This document shows, in pieces, positions 48,986 through 58,417 of a stretch of 64,000 nt of DNA. Each line of letters opens with the position of its first letter. The stretch's first letter is position 1. Source of the stretch: Bdellovibrionales bacterium (GTDB lineage Bacteria; Bdellovibrionota; Bdellovibrionia; Bdellovibrionales; JAMPXM01). The stretch spans positions 260-64,259 of the forward strand of contig SYLX01000231.1 in assembly GCA_005808505.1 (NCBI GenBank), written 5' to 3'. The notes beneath the pieces were generated by a model. It made no database searches and had not been told where the DNA came from. It saw only the letters and a program-made list of their open reading frames with translations. Position numbers and translations under genes: made by a program.

Positions 48986-50031
48986 TTGGCGGTCCGATTC
49001 GGGCCACTCATCGAGCCTGCCGCATCACCGGACTTCAACTCATCGATTCGAACTCCGTAGACAACGAGCGACCCTTTCGAATCTGTCCGTACAACTTCGC
49101 CGTCAAAGTAAACGAGAGAAGCCGGATCGCTGCCGATCACACCTTGGATTCGGTCACCGATCTTCAAATCATTTTCGAGACTTGGATTCACATCTCGCAT
49201 CAGGAGACCGAACTGATTGTAATTGAGCGTTTCGTAGTCGCTCGGTCGCTCCCCTTTGCGACCTGCTGAAACCGGGAGCTTGCCTGAAAAACGCATGGAG
49301 ATACGCGCAGGCTCATTGGGATCCTTGGGATAGAGCGCGGTTTCCCGACGTGAGAGCTTTTCAACTTGGTGAACGATGCGGCCAGGAAATTCCATAGCCG
49401 TGAGCTTTCCATCGTAAACGCAACCGGTGTCAAGGTTGATTCGATTCGGCTGCACATCGACTTCACGCACGGGCGTGTGGCCATGCACAACGACTTTTTC
49501 CCAGGGGTAGTGACTATTCAAGAACGGATAGCGACTCCACAACATGTGCAGCTCGTGTTGTTTTTCGTCGAGCGTAGAGAGTGGTTGATTCGGCACACCG
49601 GCGTGAACAAAGAAATACTTTTCAGTTTCGTAAGAGAGCTTGAGGCCCCGAAAAAAATCCACGTGGGATTGAGGCATCTCGATGGAGCCTTCCGGGCCCG
49701 CGTAGTTTGCAAGCGTGCTCGTGCCTCCATTGAGAACAAAGAGCCCAGCTCCAGGCGATTCGGGATGCTCAAGAAAGTCGAGAAACATGGCTTCGTGATT
49801 GCCTTTGAGCGCTACGACTTCGCAACGCTCCTTTAACCGAATCACGGTCTCGACGACTTGGCGTGAGTCAGGTCCGCGATCGACGTAATCGCCGAGGAAG
49901 ACGACGAGATCTTCTTTTTGGATATTGAGCTTCATGAGCAGAGCTTCGAGCTCACGCGCACAGCCGTGAACGTCGCCTATGGCGAAGATGCGTCGGTCTC
50001 GATTCTGGACATTTTTCTGATCCGCTTGCAT
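48982..50031 (-). CDS. PPP-family metallophosphoesterase (Ser/Thr phosphatase-like) with a C-terminal PilZ-like domain
   Basis: GDVHG, GDYVDRG, GNHE, HAG, HGHT, DTG; C-terminal RISMR and NYNQFG motifs. Confidence 0.88.
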   Translation of the reverse strand: MQADQKNVQNRDRRIFAIGDVHGCARELEALLMKLNIQKEDLVVFLGDYVDRGPDSRQVVETVIRLKERCEVVALKGNHEAMFLDFLEHPESPGAGLFVLNGGTSTLANYAGPEGSIEMPQSHVDFFRGLKLSYETEKYFFVHAGVPNQPLSTLDEKQHELHMLWSRYPFLNSHYPWEKVVVHGHTPVREVDVQPNRINLDTGCVYDGKLTAMEFPGRIVHQVEKLSRRETALYPKDPNEPARISMRFSGKLPVSAGRKGERPSDYETLNYNQFGLLMRDVNPSLENDLKIGDRIQGVIGSDPASLVYFDGEVVRTDSKGSLVVYGVRIDELKSGDAAGSMSGPNRTAK

Positions 50032-50084
50032 GATCCCCAGTTTACGGAAATCGCGCTTCCCTGGGAAGCAAGAAGGTCACGCAA

Positions 50085-50855
50085 ATGGCTCAACTCAAAC
50101 CGGAGATCCTAGCCCTCGGGCACGGCTGGATCGCGATCGACAAACCTGCGGGCATGAGCGTTCATAATGACGCAGACGGTAGCGATGCGATCCAAATCGT
50201 TCGGACTTGGCTCGAATCGAGTGATCCCGAAGCATTGAAAGCGGCTACCGCAACCCATTGGGAAAAAGCGAAATTTCCTCCGGCGCCCGTTCACCGGCTC
50301 GATCGCGAAACGAGCGGCATCCTCCTCCTGGCCACACGTCGAGACGAGGCAACTAAGCTTCAGCAAGCCATGGAAAAACGCGAAAGCCGGAAGATTTATC
50401 GCGCCATCTTGCGAGGAAAACTCCGCGAAGAAAGCGGCAAGTGGCATTGGCCTTTGAGCGACAAAGCCGAAGGACGCATGAACCCACAAGGCAAAGCTGC
50501 AGATCGCAAAGACTGTGAGACGCGCTTCCGGGTTTTGAGAGCGAACGACCACTTAAGTGAGATTGAGCTCGAACTCATAACGGGTCGCCAACACCAGATC
50601 CGCCGACATGCAGCCCTCGCAAAACATGCAGTCGTCGGCGACAAACGTTACGGAGATATGAAGCACTCAAATTTAATCGCGAAACTCTTCGGCGTTGAAC
50701 GCATGCTCTTGCACGCGTCGTCTCTGGAAATTTACATTGGCGAAACGTCTTATTTGAAAGTCGAAGCTCCCTTGCCCGATGAATTCTCGAAAGTGTTTGG
50801 AGTCCCGTCAGCGCAAGCCACATCAACGGTGCGGCCGGATCGAAAAGAGGGTTGA
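50085..50855 (+). CDS. RluA-family pseudouridine synthase
   Basis: DKPAG, HRLDRETSG, TGRQHQIRRH, GDKRYG, LLHA. Confidence 0.94.
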   Translation: MAQLKPEILALGHGWIAIDKPAGMSVHNDADGSDAIQIVRTWLESSDPEALKAATATHWEKAKFPPAPVHRLDRETSGILLLATRRDEATKLQQAMEKRESRKIYRAILRGKLREESGKWHWPLSDKAEGRMNPQGKAADRKDCETRFRVLRANDHLSEIELELITGRQHQIRRHAALAKHAVVGDKRYGDMKHSNLIAKLFGVERMLLHASSLEIYIGETSYLKVEAPLPDEFSKVFGVPSAQATSTVRPDRKEG

Positions 50856-50857
50856 AG

Positions 50858-51691
50858 ATGACAAAAAACGAGCGCGTCGAATTTGTTTTGAAGAGACTGA
50901 ATGAACTTTATCCCGATCCACCGGTCCCTCTTGATCACACGGATGCCTACACGCTTCTTATCGCGGTTTTGCTGTCAGCACAGTGTACGGATGTTCGCGT
51001 GAACCTGGTAACGCCTCACCTCTTCACCCGTGCGAAACGCCCTGAGGATATGGTCAAAATTCCCGTCGAGGAGATCCAAGCCATCATTCGCCCGTGCGGA
51101 CTTAGCCCGCAAAAGGCGAAAGCGATTGCGGGCCTCTCAAGAATTCTTCTGGATGAGCACGCAGGCCAAGTTCCCAACACTCTTGAAGCTCTCGAAAGGC
51201 TTCCTGGAGTGGGACACAAGACAGCGCAAGTCGTGATGGCGCAAGCTTTCGGTGTACCGTCTTTTCCGGTCGACACGCACATACACCGACTCGCTCATCG
51301 CTGGGGCCTCAGCGACGGGAAAAGCGTCGATCGAACCGAGAGAGATTTGAAGTCCGCGTTTCCCGAAGCCACTTGGAATAAGCTGCACTTGCAGATTATT
51401 TTCTACGGACGCGAGCACTGCACGGCCCGAGGTTGCGACGGAACCGTTTGCGAAATTTGCCGCACGCTATTTCCCAAACGAAAGACGCCGCTTGCGAATG
51501 CGTCAGGAAAAAAACCGCGCGCGAAAGATTCGTCTGAGTCGGTCACTCTGATGACCGCGAAAAAAGCACAACAGAAAGTCGTCAAAGCCGTTCGTGGAGC
51601 GAAAAAGCTGGCCAAAGCGACAGCGACTCCCGTCCGGAAAGCACTCTCCAAAACAAAAAGCTCGACCAAAGCCTTGCGCTCAACCCGCTAA
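50858..51691 (+). CDS. nth: Endonuclease III, paralogue 2, with a Lys/Ala-rich tail
   Basis: LLSAQCTD.RVN, LPGVGHKTA, PVDTHIHR. Start could be the TTG at 50852. Confidence 0.92.
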   Translation: MTKNERVEFVLKRLNELYPDPPVPLDHTDAYTLLIAVLLSAQCTDVRVNLVTPHLFTRAKRPEDMVKIPVEEIQAIIRPCGLSPQKAKAIAGLSRILLDEHAGQVPNTLEALERLPGVGHKTAQVVMAQAFGVPSFPVDTHIHRLAHRWGLSDGKSVDRTERDLKSAFPEATWNKLHLQIIFYGREHCTARGCDGTVCEICRTLFPKRKTPLANASGKKPRAKDSSESVTLMTAKKAQQKVVKAVRGAKKLAKATATPVRKALSKTKSSTKALRSTR

Positions 51692-51877
51692 AAGCCTTGC
51701 TCAGAGCGCTTTTCACGCGACCGAAGTCCAGTTTGGTTCCATTTTGGAGCTTAGCTGTTCCCTAATTTAATTTCCCCTCGTTAGGCTGGTTGAGGCGGAA
51801 AAATCCGAGGGGGATTTTTCTCGCCGCACACCAAGCAACTGCATCACGCAGCTATGGACATCTTGAGGGGGAAATCC

Positions 51878-52786
51878 ATGCGAGTTTCGACTCTTAAACT
51901 AGCGGCCTTCGCCGCGGTCGCGCTCACAGCGACAAGCTTTGCGTCGACGGGTCACGATCACACGCTCTGCTCGGGCTTTGTTCCTGAAAACGACATGAAG
52001 ATTCCGGTCGGGCAAGTTCGCTCGCTCAATCGCATGGACACTCCTACAGCCGGCATCAGCGAAGAGCAATTCAACCAAGTCATCGACCGCGTTGAAAAAC
52101 TCTATGCTGCAGAATTCACCGAAGCTGGAGCAAAACTCCAAGCCAATCGCAAGTGGAATGACCCCACGGTTAACGCCAGCGCGCAACAATCGGGCACGAC
52201 TTGGATCATCAACATGTACGGCGGACTCGCTCGCCACGCGGCGATCAACGTTGAAGGTTTCGCCCTCGTCGCCTGCCACGAAATCGGGCACCATATCGGT
52301 GGCGCGCCGAAAAAAGAAAGCTGGTGGGGCAGCGCTTGGGCGACAAATGAAGGCGGTTCGGATTACTTCGCGACTCTGAAATGCTTGCGCAAGTATTTCG
52401 CGGAAGACGACAACGAGACTATCATTGCCAACACCCAGATCGAACCTCTCGTTCAATCGAACTGCGAAACGCAATTTGCAACTCGGCAAGACCAACTCAT
52501 CTGCATGCGCAGCTCGATTGCGGGCATGAGCGTAGCCACGCTTTTCATGGATCTTCGCAAGGAGACAAAGCAGCCTAAGTTCGATACTCCCGATACGAAA
52601 GTTGTGCGCCAGATGGACCACAACCATCCCGGAACGCAGTGCCGTCTCGACACATACTTCCAAGGTGCGATTTGCAAAGTGGACGTCTCGGCTCGGTTGA
52701 GCAACTCGGATTACCGCGAAGGCTCTTGCGCGGCCCCCGTTGACACGGTTGGTTTGCGTCCTCTCTGCTGGTTCAAGCCCGACTAA
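51878..52786 (+). CDS. Secreted HExxH zinc metalloprotease-like protein (M48-like)
   Basis: Signal peptide; VNASA; CHEIGHH; NEGGSDYFA; HP..QCRL. Confidence 0.78.
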   Translation: MRVSTLKLAAFAAVALTATSFASTGHDHTLCSGFVPENDMKIPVGQVRSLNRMDTPTAGISEEQFNQVIDRVEKLYAAEFTEAGAKLQANRKWNDPTVNASAQQSGTTWIINMYGGLARHAAINVEGFALVACHEIGHHIGGAPKKESWWGSAWATNEGGSDYFATLKCLRKYFAEDDNETIIANTQIEPLVQSNCETQFATRQDQLICMRSSIAGMSVATLFMDLRKETKQPKFDTPDTKVVRQMDHNHPGTQCRLDTYFQGAICKVDVSARLSNSDYREGSCAAPVDTVGLRPLCWFKPD

Positions 52787-52815
52787 GGCGCTTGGACAAC
52801 GATTCAAGGATTTCT

Positions 52816-52847
52816 AAAGCCGAGGGGGCGACTCCCTCGGCTTTTTT
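52816..52847 (+). terminator. Rho-independent terminator
   Basis: AAAGCCGAGGG...CCCTCGGCTTT stem running into a T tract. Confidence 0.9.
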
Positions 52848-52896
52848 GTTTCTTCCGATGCTTTAGGGGGCATGCTACACTCAACCTTTTCTCCTA

Positions 52897-55800
52897 ATGG
52901 AAAGGTCCGACGCTTTGGCGGGTGTACGTCTCATAGCCGTTCTCTTCTGCGAACCCGAAGCTTTGCGCTTCACGGGCGAACGATTGAAGAGCGTGTTTGA
53001 TCTCCCCGATTCGATTCCTGCAAGTCGGCCGCTTCTTGACGGCGAACTTGAGGCCAACTTCGTTTCGGCCCACTTGCGAGCAGCTGATGTGCCGCTCGCC
53101 TTTCACAGAGAATCACACGTTGGCACTTCCACGACCGGCCCCGGAAGTTTTACAAGTCGTCACGAAATGGCTTTAAAGCTCGAAGCTTACGGTCGAAAAC
53201 TTCAGTACCTCTTTAGCGACGACTTGATCCTCACCGGTCATCAAGTTCTCTTCCATCCCTACTCAAAGTTCGTTCCTCGCCATCTTCTTCCACTGAGCGT
53301 GAACGTCACGGGGGATCTTCGCTCGCGTCCGCGCTATGGTCGTTTAAGTGCGTGGCAGATCGAGGCCGATCAAGTTCTGATGAGCGTGATGCTCGCCGCC
53401 GCTCGCGCTTCGCGGCTTGCAGCCATGAGCGACGAGATGGACCCGCTGTCGCTTTATTTTTGTCACGATGATCTCACACACGAACCGCGCCAAGCTTTGC
53501 GTTTAGAAAGCGTTGAGATCGGCGGCGAAGAATGGGGACCTTGGCGGCTTTCGTCAGCCATCCATGAACCCCACTCGGGTGTTCATTACGGACGCGCCCG
53601 CATTGAACTTGATCCTGATGAACTCGGTGACTTGCACGGTCTTGCGGAGAGTTTCTTTCTTGATCGCGAGCGCCGAAAAATTTTGTTTCACGGATTCACC
53701 GATCAACTCAGTCGCCTACGCGCTACTTTGCCTACGCATTCAAGCGGTGAACAAACGGGTCTCTCGATTCACCTCTCGGGCCATGCGCAGATCCAAGCGG
53801 CCATCTCGGAAGTCGATGAACTCATCTTCGGCGATGCAGATTTGAGCGACGGGCGACATGCACTGAAGGTTCACCCCGCTTCGTTTGAGGTAGCGTCGGA
53901 AAAAGTTCGACCGAAACTTTCGATGACGGGTGATGGAAGCTTCCGCTTTCAAGCTGTGATTGAAACTCCCACGATTCGCTGGGAGGCCCATGGCCTCCCC
54001 CAGAGCATGGCGTATCTGCTCCTGAATTTGCAGCAAGGACTGGGCGCGACGACCGGTTATTCAAATACGCAAATCGCGCACGCCCGCAAAGGCGCCAAGC
54101 GCGAGCGCGATATGAAGATTTTAAAAAGCGTCGGCACGGCGATTTTGATCTTTTTCGACGCCGCGAATTTTGCGCTCGGCCTGCCGCTCTCGGATGGGAC
54201 GAAAGCTTCAAGCGAGAAAGAAGTTTGCGAATCGCTCTTCAATCGGCTTGGCTCCTTGATCTTGAAATCAGAGGGTTGGCCCACTCAGACCGGTAGCCTC
54301 GCGGAGCTCTGCTCAAAGAACGTGACGACATTGATCGAAGGCTTCGTCAAACAAGTCGCGATGGATTTTCAAGGACGTGCGATTTCGCTCTTCCTCCCGG
54401 AAGGCGAGCTTCGCGTACAAGGTCTCTCTCGTCCGATCGCCTTGTTGTTTCACGCGATGGTCGCAGATCTTGCGCAGAATACGAACGGCACCTGCTTTAC
54501 GAAAGCGCGCGCGAAGTACTTTGATGACTTCATGAATGGTCGGGCACATCCGGAACGTGAAGACATGGCGCTTCGCCATGAGGTTGCGCCTGAGGTTGCA
54601 GCCCGTATGGTTTATCAGCCCGGTATCAACGAGCGCTACCGGGCCCCTGAAGCGAGTCATCCTCCGCGCGGTGAACATTTGTTGGGGCTTCTGAATCAAG
54701 GTTTTGACATCACCATCGACGGGAAAGTCGTCGAAGAATTCAACGCCAACGAGTTCCGCCCCGAATTCACGATCCGTGATGCAGACGGAACACTCGGCCC
54801 AGATGAGGCGGTTCCTACCGGCGGACACAAGATCAACTGGTTTGAACTTCATCCGAAATTTTTCTTTAAGGGTGTCGAAATCTCGGGCGAGCAAGCACAG
54901 AAGCTCTCGCGCGAAGGCTTACTTGAGTTCAACGGAACTCTATACCGCGTGAAGAAACAAGATCTTCCTTCGCTCCAGCGGCTGACACGCTTCTGGGCGA
55001 GCATTCAGTCTAACGATGCGCGACTGCCTAAGTCGAAACGTCGCAAGACGGAAGAAACGTACTATCAACTTCCTCGCAGCCAAACTCTCGAGCTACTCGC
55101 CCTGCGCGCGACAGGCGTGAAAATGCGAGGCGGCGCACGCTGGGATGAAGTCACGAAGTTTTACGACTCTCTCGACCAACCTCGCGAGAATCTAGAGCTG
55201 CCCGACTCCTTCAAGACGAATCTGCAGCCGTATCAAGTGACGGGCGTCCAATGGATTGCCGACCTCCACAATCTAGGTTTAGGCGGAATTCTTGCCGATG
55301 ACATGGGCCTCGGCAAGACGGTCACGAGTCTCGCTTTCCTGGAGCTACTTCGCGCTCAGGGGCGAATGGGTCATTGCTTGGTCGTCGTCCCGACTTCGCT
55401 CACCTACAATTGGCTATCGGAAGCCCAACGCTTTGCCCCCGAGATGAAGATGAGTATCTTCGCTGGTCGCGAGAGCGATGCGATGTTCGATTTCCTAAGG
55501 GAGAACGAGCAAGGAGTCGTCGTCTGCACGTACGGTCTTCTTCAGGAGCATGTTGAGGTCTTCCAACAAGTGCGCTGGTCGCTTCTGATATTGGACGAGG
55601 CTCAGAATCTCAAGAACATCACGACAAAGCGAACGACGGCGGCGAGAAAACTCGATGCCGCATTCAAACTTTGCCTGACCGGAACGCCTCTTGAAAACCA
55701 TTACGGCGAGCTTTATTCACTCTTTGATCTGATCGTCCCGAGCTCGCTCGGAGATCTTGCGTTCTTCCGCGAAAAGTACGTGAATCCCGTGCGCGTGCTT

Positions 55801-56628
55801 CGTGAAGATATCGATTTCTTGAAGTTAAAGACAAAGCCTCTACTGCTTCGCCGCACGAAATCGCAAGTCCTCCACCAATTGCCACCGAAAGTTGAGACGA
55901 CGGTCAAATTGCCCTTTGATGAAGACCAACGGCGCATTTACCGCGACATCGCTTCGAGCTATAACGAACAAGTCCAGATGCAAATCGCTCGTCAAGGCGA
56001 AGCGAAGAGTCAGCTGCAGATGTTGACGGCTCTTTTGCGTTTGCGCCAAGTTTGTTCGGATCCAGCCTCTATTCCGGGAGTTCGGTACGAAGGTGAGCCT
56101 CCTAAGATTTCGACTTTGCTCGAAGCCATCCGGGAGCTCACCGAAGGTGGGGCGAGCGCTTTGATCTTCACGCAGTTTTTGGCGACGTACGAGCGGATTC
56201 GCGCAGCACTCACGGAAGCCGGCGTCCGCCATTACGATATCAACGGTGCCGATTCGAGGCTCAATCGTGAGAAAAAGCTCCGCGCTTTCCAAGATGAGGA
56301 AAAAGGTGCCGTCATGCTCATGACGCTGAAAACCGGCGGCGTGGGACTCAATCTCGTGAAAGCAAGCTACATCTTTCACGTTGAACCTTGGTGGAATCCG
56401 GCGGTTGAAAACCAAGCGACCGACCGCGCCCACCGCATTGGTCAGACTAAAACCGTGCAAGTCTATCGCTACATCATCAAAGATTCGGTCGAAGAGAAGA
56501 TCGAGCTTTTAAAAGACATTAAGTCGAAGCGATTCGATGCGCTCTTTGCGGTGAGCGAAGCCGACACGGAACTGGCGAATGGTTCAAGCGCGTTGACGCA
56601 AAAAGATTTCGAATTCCTCCTGAGCTAA
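52897..56628 (+). CDS. SNF2-family helicase/ATPase with a long N-terminal region
   Basis: ILADDMGLGKT, DEAQ, TGTPLEN, LRRTK, GGVGLNL, PWWNPAVENQATDRAHRIGQ. Confidence 0.95.
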   Translation: MERSDALAGVRLIAVLFCEPEALRFTGERLKSVFDLPDSIPASRPLLDGELEANFVSAHLRAADVPLAFHRESHVGTSTTGPGSFTSRHEMALKLEAYGRKLQYLFSDDLILTGHQVLFHPYSKFVPRHLLPLSVNVTGDLRSRPRYGRLSAWQIEADQVLMSVMLAAARASRLAAMSDEMDPLSLYFCHDDLTHEPRQALRLESVEIGGEEWGPWRLSSAIHEPHSGVHYGRARIELDPDELGDLHGLAESFFLDRERRKILFHGFTDQLSRLRATLPTHSSGEQTGLSIHLSGHAQIQAAISEVDELIFGDADLSDGRHALKVHPASFEVASEKVRPKLSMTGDGSFRFQAVIETPTIRWEAHGLPQSMAYLLLNLQQGLGATTGYSNTQIAHARKGAKRERDMKILKSVGTAILIFFDAANFALGLPLSDGTKASSEKEVCESLFNRLGSLILKSEGWPTQTGSLAELCSKNVTTLIEGFVKQVAMDFQGRAISLFLPEGELRVQGLSRPIALLFHAMVADLAQNTNGTCFTKARAKYFDDFMNGRAHPEREDMALRHEVAPEVAARMVYQPGINERYRAPEASHPPRGEHLLGLLNQGFDITIDGKVVEEFNANEFRPEFTIRDADGTLGPDEAVPTGGHKINWFELHPKFFFKGVEISGEQAQKLSREGLLEFNGTLYRVKKQDLPSLQRLTRFWASIQSNDARLPKSKRRKTEETYYQLPRSQTLELLALRATGVKMRGGARWDEVTKFYDSLDQPRENLELPDSFKTNLQPYQVTGVQWIADLHNLGLGGILADDMGLGKTVTSLAFLELLRAQGRMGHCLVVVPTSLTYNWLSEAQRFAPEMKMSIFAGRESDAMFDFLRENEQGVVVCTYGLLQEHVEVFQQVRWSLLILDEAQNLKNITTKRTTAARKLDAAFKLCLTGTPLENHYGELYSLFDLIVPSSLGDLAFFREKYVNPVRVLREDIDFLKLKTKPLLLRRTKSQVLHQLPPKVETTVKLPFDEDQRRIYRDIASSYNEQVQMQIARQGEAKSQLQMLTALLRLRQVCSDPASIPGVRYEGEPPKISTLLEAIRELTEGGASALIFTQFLATYERIRAALTEAGVRHYDINGADSRLNREKKLRAFQDEEKGAVMLMTLKTGGVGLNLVKASYIFHVEPWWNPAVENQATDRAHRIGQTKTVQVYRYIIKDSVEEKIELLKDIKSKRFDALFAVSEADTELANGSSALTQKDFEFLLS

Positions 56629-56639
56629 ACTCAGAGCCC

Positions 56640-56679
56640 AAATAAAAACGGCCACCGCAACGGGTGGCCGTTTTTATTT
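56640..56679. terminator. Bidirectional intrinsic terminator
   Basis: AAATAAAAACGGCCACC-GCAACG-GGTGGCCGTTTTTATTT, a perfect 17-bp inverted repeat between convergent genes. Confidence 0.92.
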
Positions 56680-56690
56680 AGATCCCCGTG

Positions 56691-56795
56691 AGGGGATGCT
56701 TCTTTGCAGCTCCGCAAGGAATCCTTCTGTGCGGCCCTTCAAGGGATCTTTCTCTGCGGCCCCATAAGGGATCTTTCTCTGCGGCCCCTTAAGGG
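56691..56795. repeat. 25-bp tandem repeat x4 plus partial (consensus AAGGGATCTTTCTCTGCGGCCCCNN)
   Basis: Units start at 56691, 56716, 56741 and 56766; AAGGG restarts at 56791; no spacers. Confidence 0.88.
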
Positions 56796-57364
56796 CCGAC
56801 GTAATCCACTTCAACGGCGATCGAACAGGTTGGATCGCTTCCGTAACTCTCGCACTTCACGTACGGAGTCATGGCTCCAGAATCCCCTTGCGCCACTTGG
56901 AAGCCAAAGAGCAGTTCGCGCAGTTTTTCCGCGTCGGCGCCCGTCTTCACCGTGCGCTTGCGGCCCTTTACGCTCTCAGGTTGGTTGAAGAACTCGCAAT
57001 TTGAAACCATGTCCTCGCCATTCTTTGTCGGCTTCATCGAGCAAGTTAAATCAAATACGGCGAGTGATTTGCCGTCCGTTTTTTTAACTTCCTTTGCTCC
57101 GACTTTCAAAAGCGCTTGGTAGAGTTGCGGGCTACGTGCGGGCTTCTCCGCTGGAGCACCTTCCGGAGTCTCCGGAGACTTTGCAACTGGAGCCGTTTGC
57201 GCCGTGGGTTTCGCGGCAGCGGCGTTTGCTTCCGGTTTTGCCGCACCGGATTTTGTCGCACACGCGGGAGCGATTCCCAGTAGCGAAATCATGACCATCG
57301 CCGTCGTCGCCGACATGAGAGCTGTTCCAAGTCCTTGCGCTTTAACTGCTTTGCTAATTTTCAT
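56789..57364 (-). CDS. Putative lipoprotein / secreted protein
   Basis: GGAGG RBS before MKISK; hydrophobic segment ending APAC; Ala/Pro linker; Cys-containing domain. Confidence 0.72.
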   Translation of the reverse strand: MKISKAVKAQGLGTALMSATTAMVMISLLGIAPACATKSGAAKPEANAAAAKPTAQTAPVAKSPETPEGAPAEKPARSPQLYQALLKVGAKEVKKTDGKSLAVFDLTCSMKPTKNGEDMVSNCEFFNQPESVKGRKRTVKTGADAEKLRELLFGFQVAQGDSGAMTPYVKCESYGSDPTCSIAVEVDYVGP

Positions 57365-57403
57365 TTTGCCTCCACGGCGTTGGTTTCTTTCGAACTCCAA
57401 ACT

Positions 57404-58339
57404 TCAGTAGCGAACCCGTACTTCAATATCCGTTTTTGCCGGCGGATGGTAAGCCATGATGCCGCGCTCAACGCAAGATCTTAGGCGATCCGAAAAGCCA
57501 TTGGCTTCCTGACGATCCTTCATCTCCGCAAAACGCCCTTGCTTGTAGAGAGCCGTGTATTCAAGGCGACCAAAACGCAACGGATCCGCAACGCCTTCGT
57601 CTTTTGCACAAGTCTTTAGGGAGTTGATCAGTGGCTCGAGAGTTTTCTGCGGATCCGAAATGCCTTTTGCGTAGACATCGAAGCCTTCAAGATTTTCTCC
57701 GCTCTCGATCATCTTGCGATCGATTGGCTTGCCCGTGAACCCTGAGATGTAGGTCATCCCTTCCGGATTGATGCTTGAGGCGGCTTGCGTAAAAGCCTGA
57801 GCGCTATCTGCTCGAGGGGCTTTTCGAACGGTGTCGAGATTGCCATTTTTGAATTCAAGCGAGAGGCGACCGATATAACTAATTTGGCCAGCTTCGATGC
57901 GAAAGCCTTCTTTGAAGACGTCATCCAGATCCCAAACTTTTGAAATGCCGCAACCGAGACGACCCGTTTTGTACGTTCCTGGATCTAGTTTCTCGAAGAC
58001 CGTATTTTGCCCGGCTTTGACATTAACAAAATAACTCTTTTTATTTTCGGTGTTGATGAAACGCCAACGGCAGGCGGCATCGTTTGCGAGGCCTGTTCCC
58101 TTTAATTCCGCGATCAACAACACCGCGCCATCACCTTGGCCCGCACGCGAAGCCGGGACCGGTAAAACATTTTTTGTTTGTATGTTCTCGCCCCCGCGCT
58201 CAGGAGCCGTGGAAACTGTTTCGCAACCCGTTAGGCCGAACGCTGCAACTAACGATCCCGCAAAGAAGAGAAGAGAAGTACGGAGCAACAAGTTTCGTCG
58301 ACGTTGCAAACGCGTCGCGCGATGAATTGAGAACGTCAT
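57404..58339 (-). CDS. Putative lipoprotein
   Basis: Lipobox LTGC after a hydrophobic helix. Confidence 0.75.
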   Translation of the reverse strand: MTFSIHRATRLQRRRNLLLRTSLLFFAGSLVAAFGLTGCETVSTAPERGGENIQTKNVLPVPASRAGQGDGAVLLIAELKGTGLANDAACRWRFINTENKKSYFVNVKAGQNTVFEKLDPGTYKTGRLGCGISKVWDLDDVFKEGFRIEAGQISYIGRLSLEFKNGNLDTVRKAPRADSAQAFTQAASSINPEGMTYISGFTGKPIDRKMIESGENLEGFDVYAKGISDPQKTLEPLINSLKTCAKDEGVADPLRFGRLEYTALYKQGRFAEMKDRQEANGFSDRLRSCVERGIMAYHPPAKTDIEVRVRY

Positions 58340-58417
58340 GCTGAAAGTCTCCCTGAATCAATGAGTCGAGCCTACAAGCCCGACATGGTCGCTTGAATCA
58401 GAGGATCGATCAAGAGC

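Noticed and set aside
51899-52807. 302-aa minus-strand ORF
   Set aside because: Antisense mirror of the HExxH protein, which has an RBS, signal peptide and terminator.
46382-56628. Helicase plus SNF2 as an anti-phage defence island
   Set aside because: No methylase, nuclease, toxin or mobility genes; neighbours are housekeeping genes.
56691-56795. Possible mini-CRISPR array
   Set aside because: Units are contiguous with no unique spacers, and there are no cas genes in the window.
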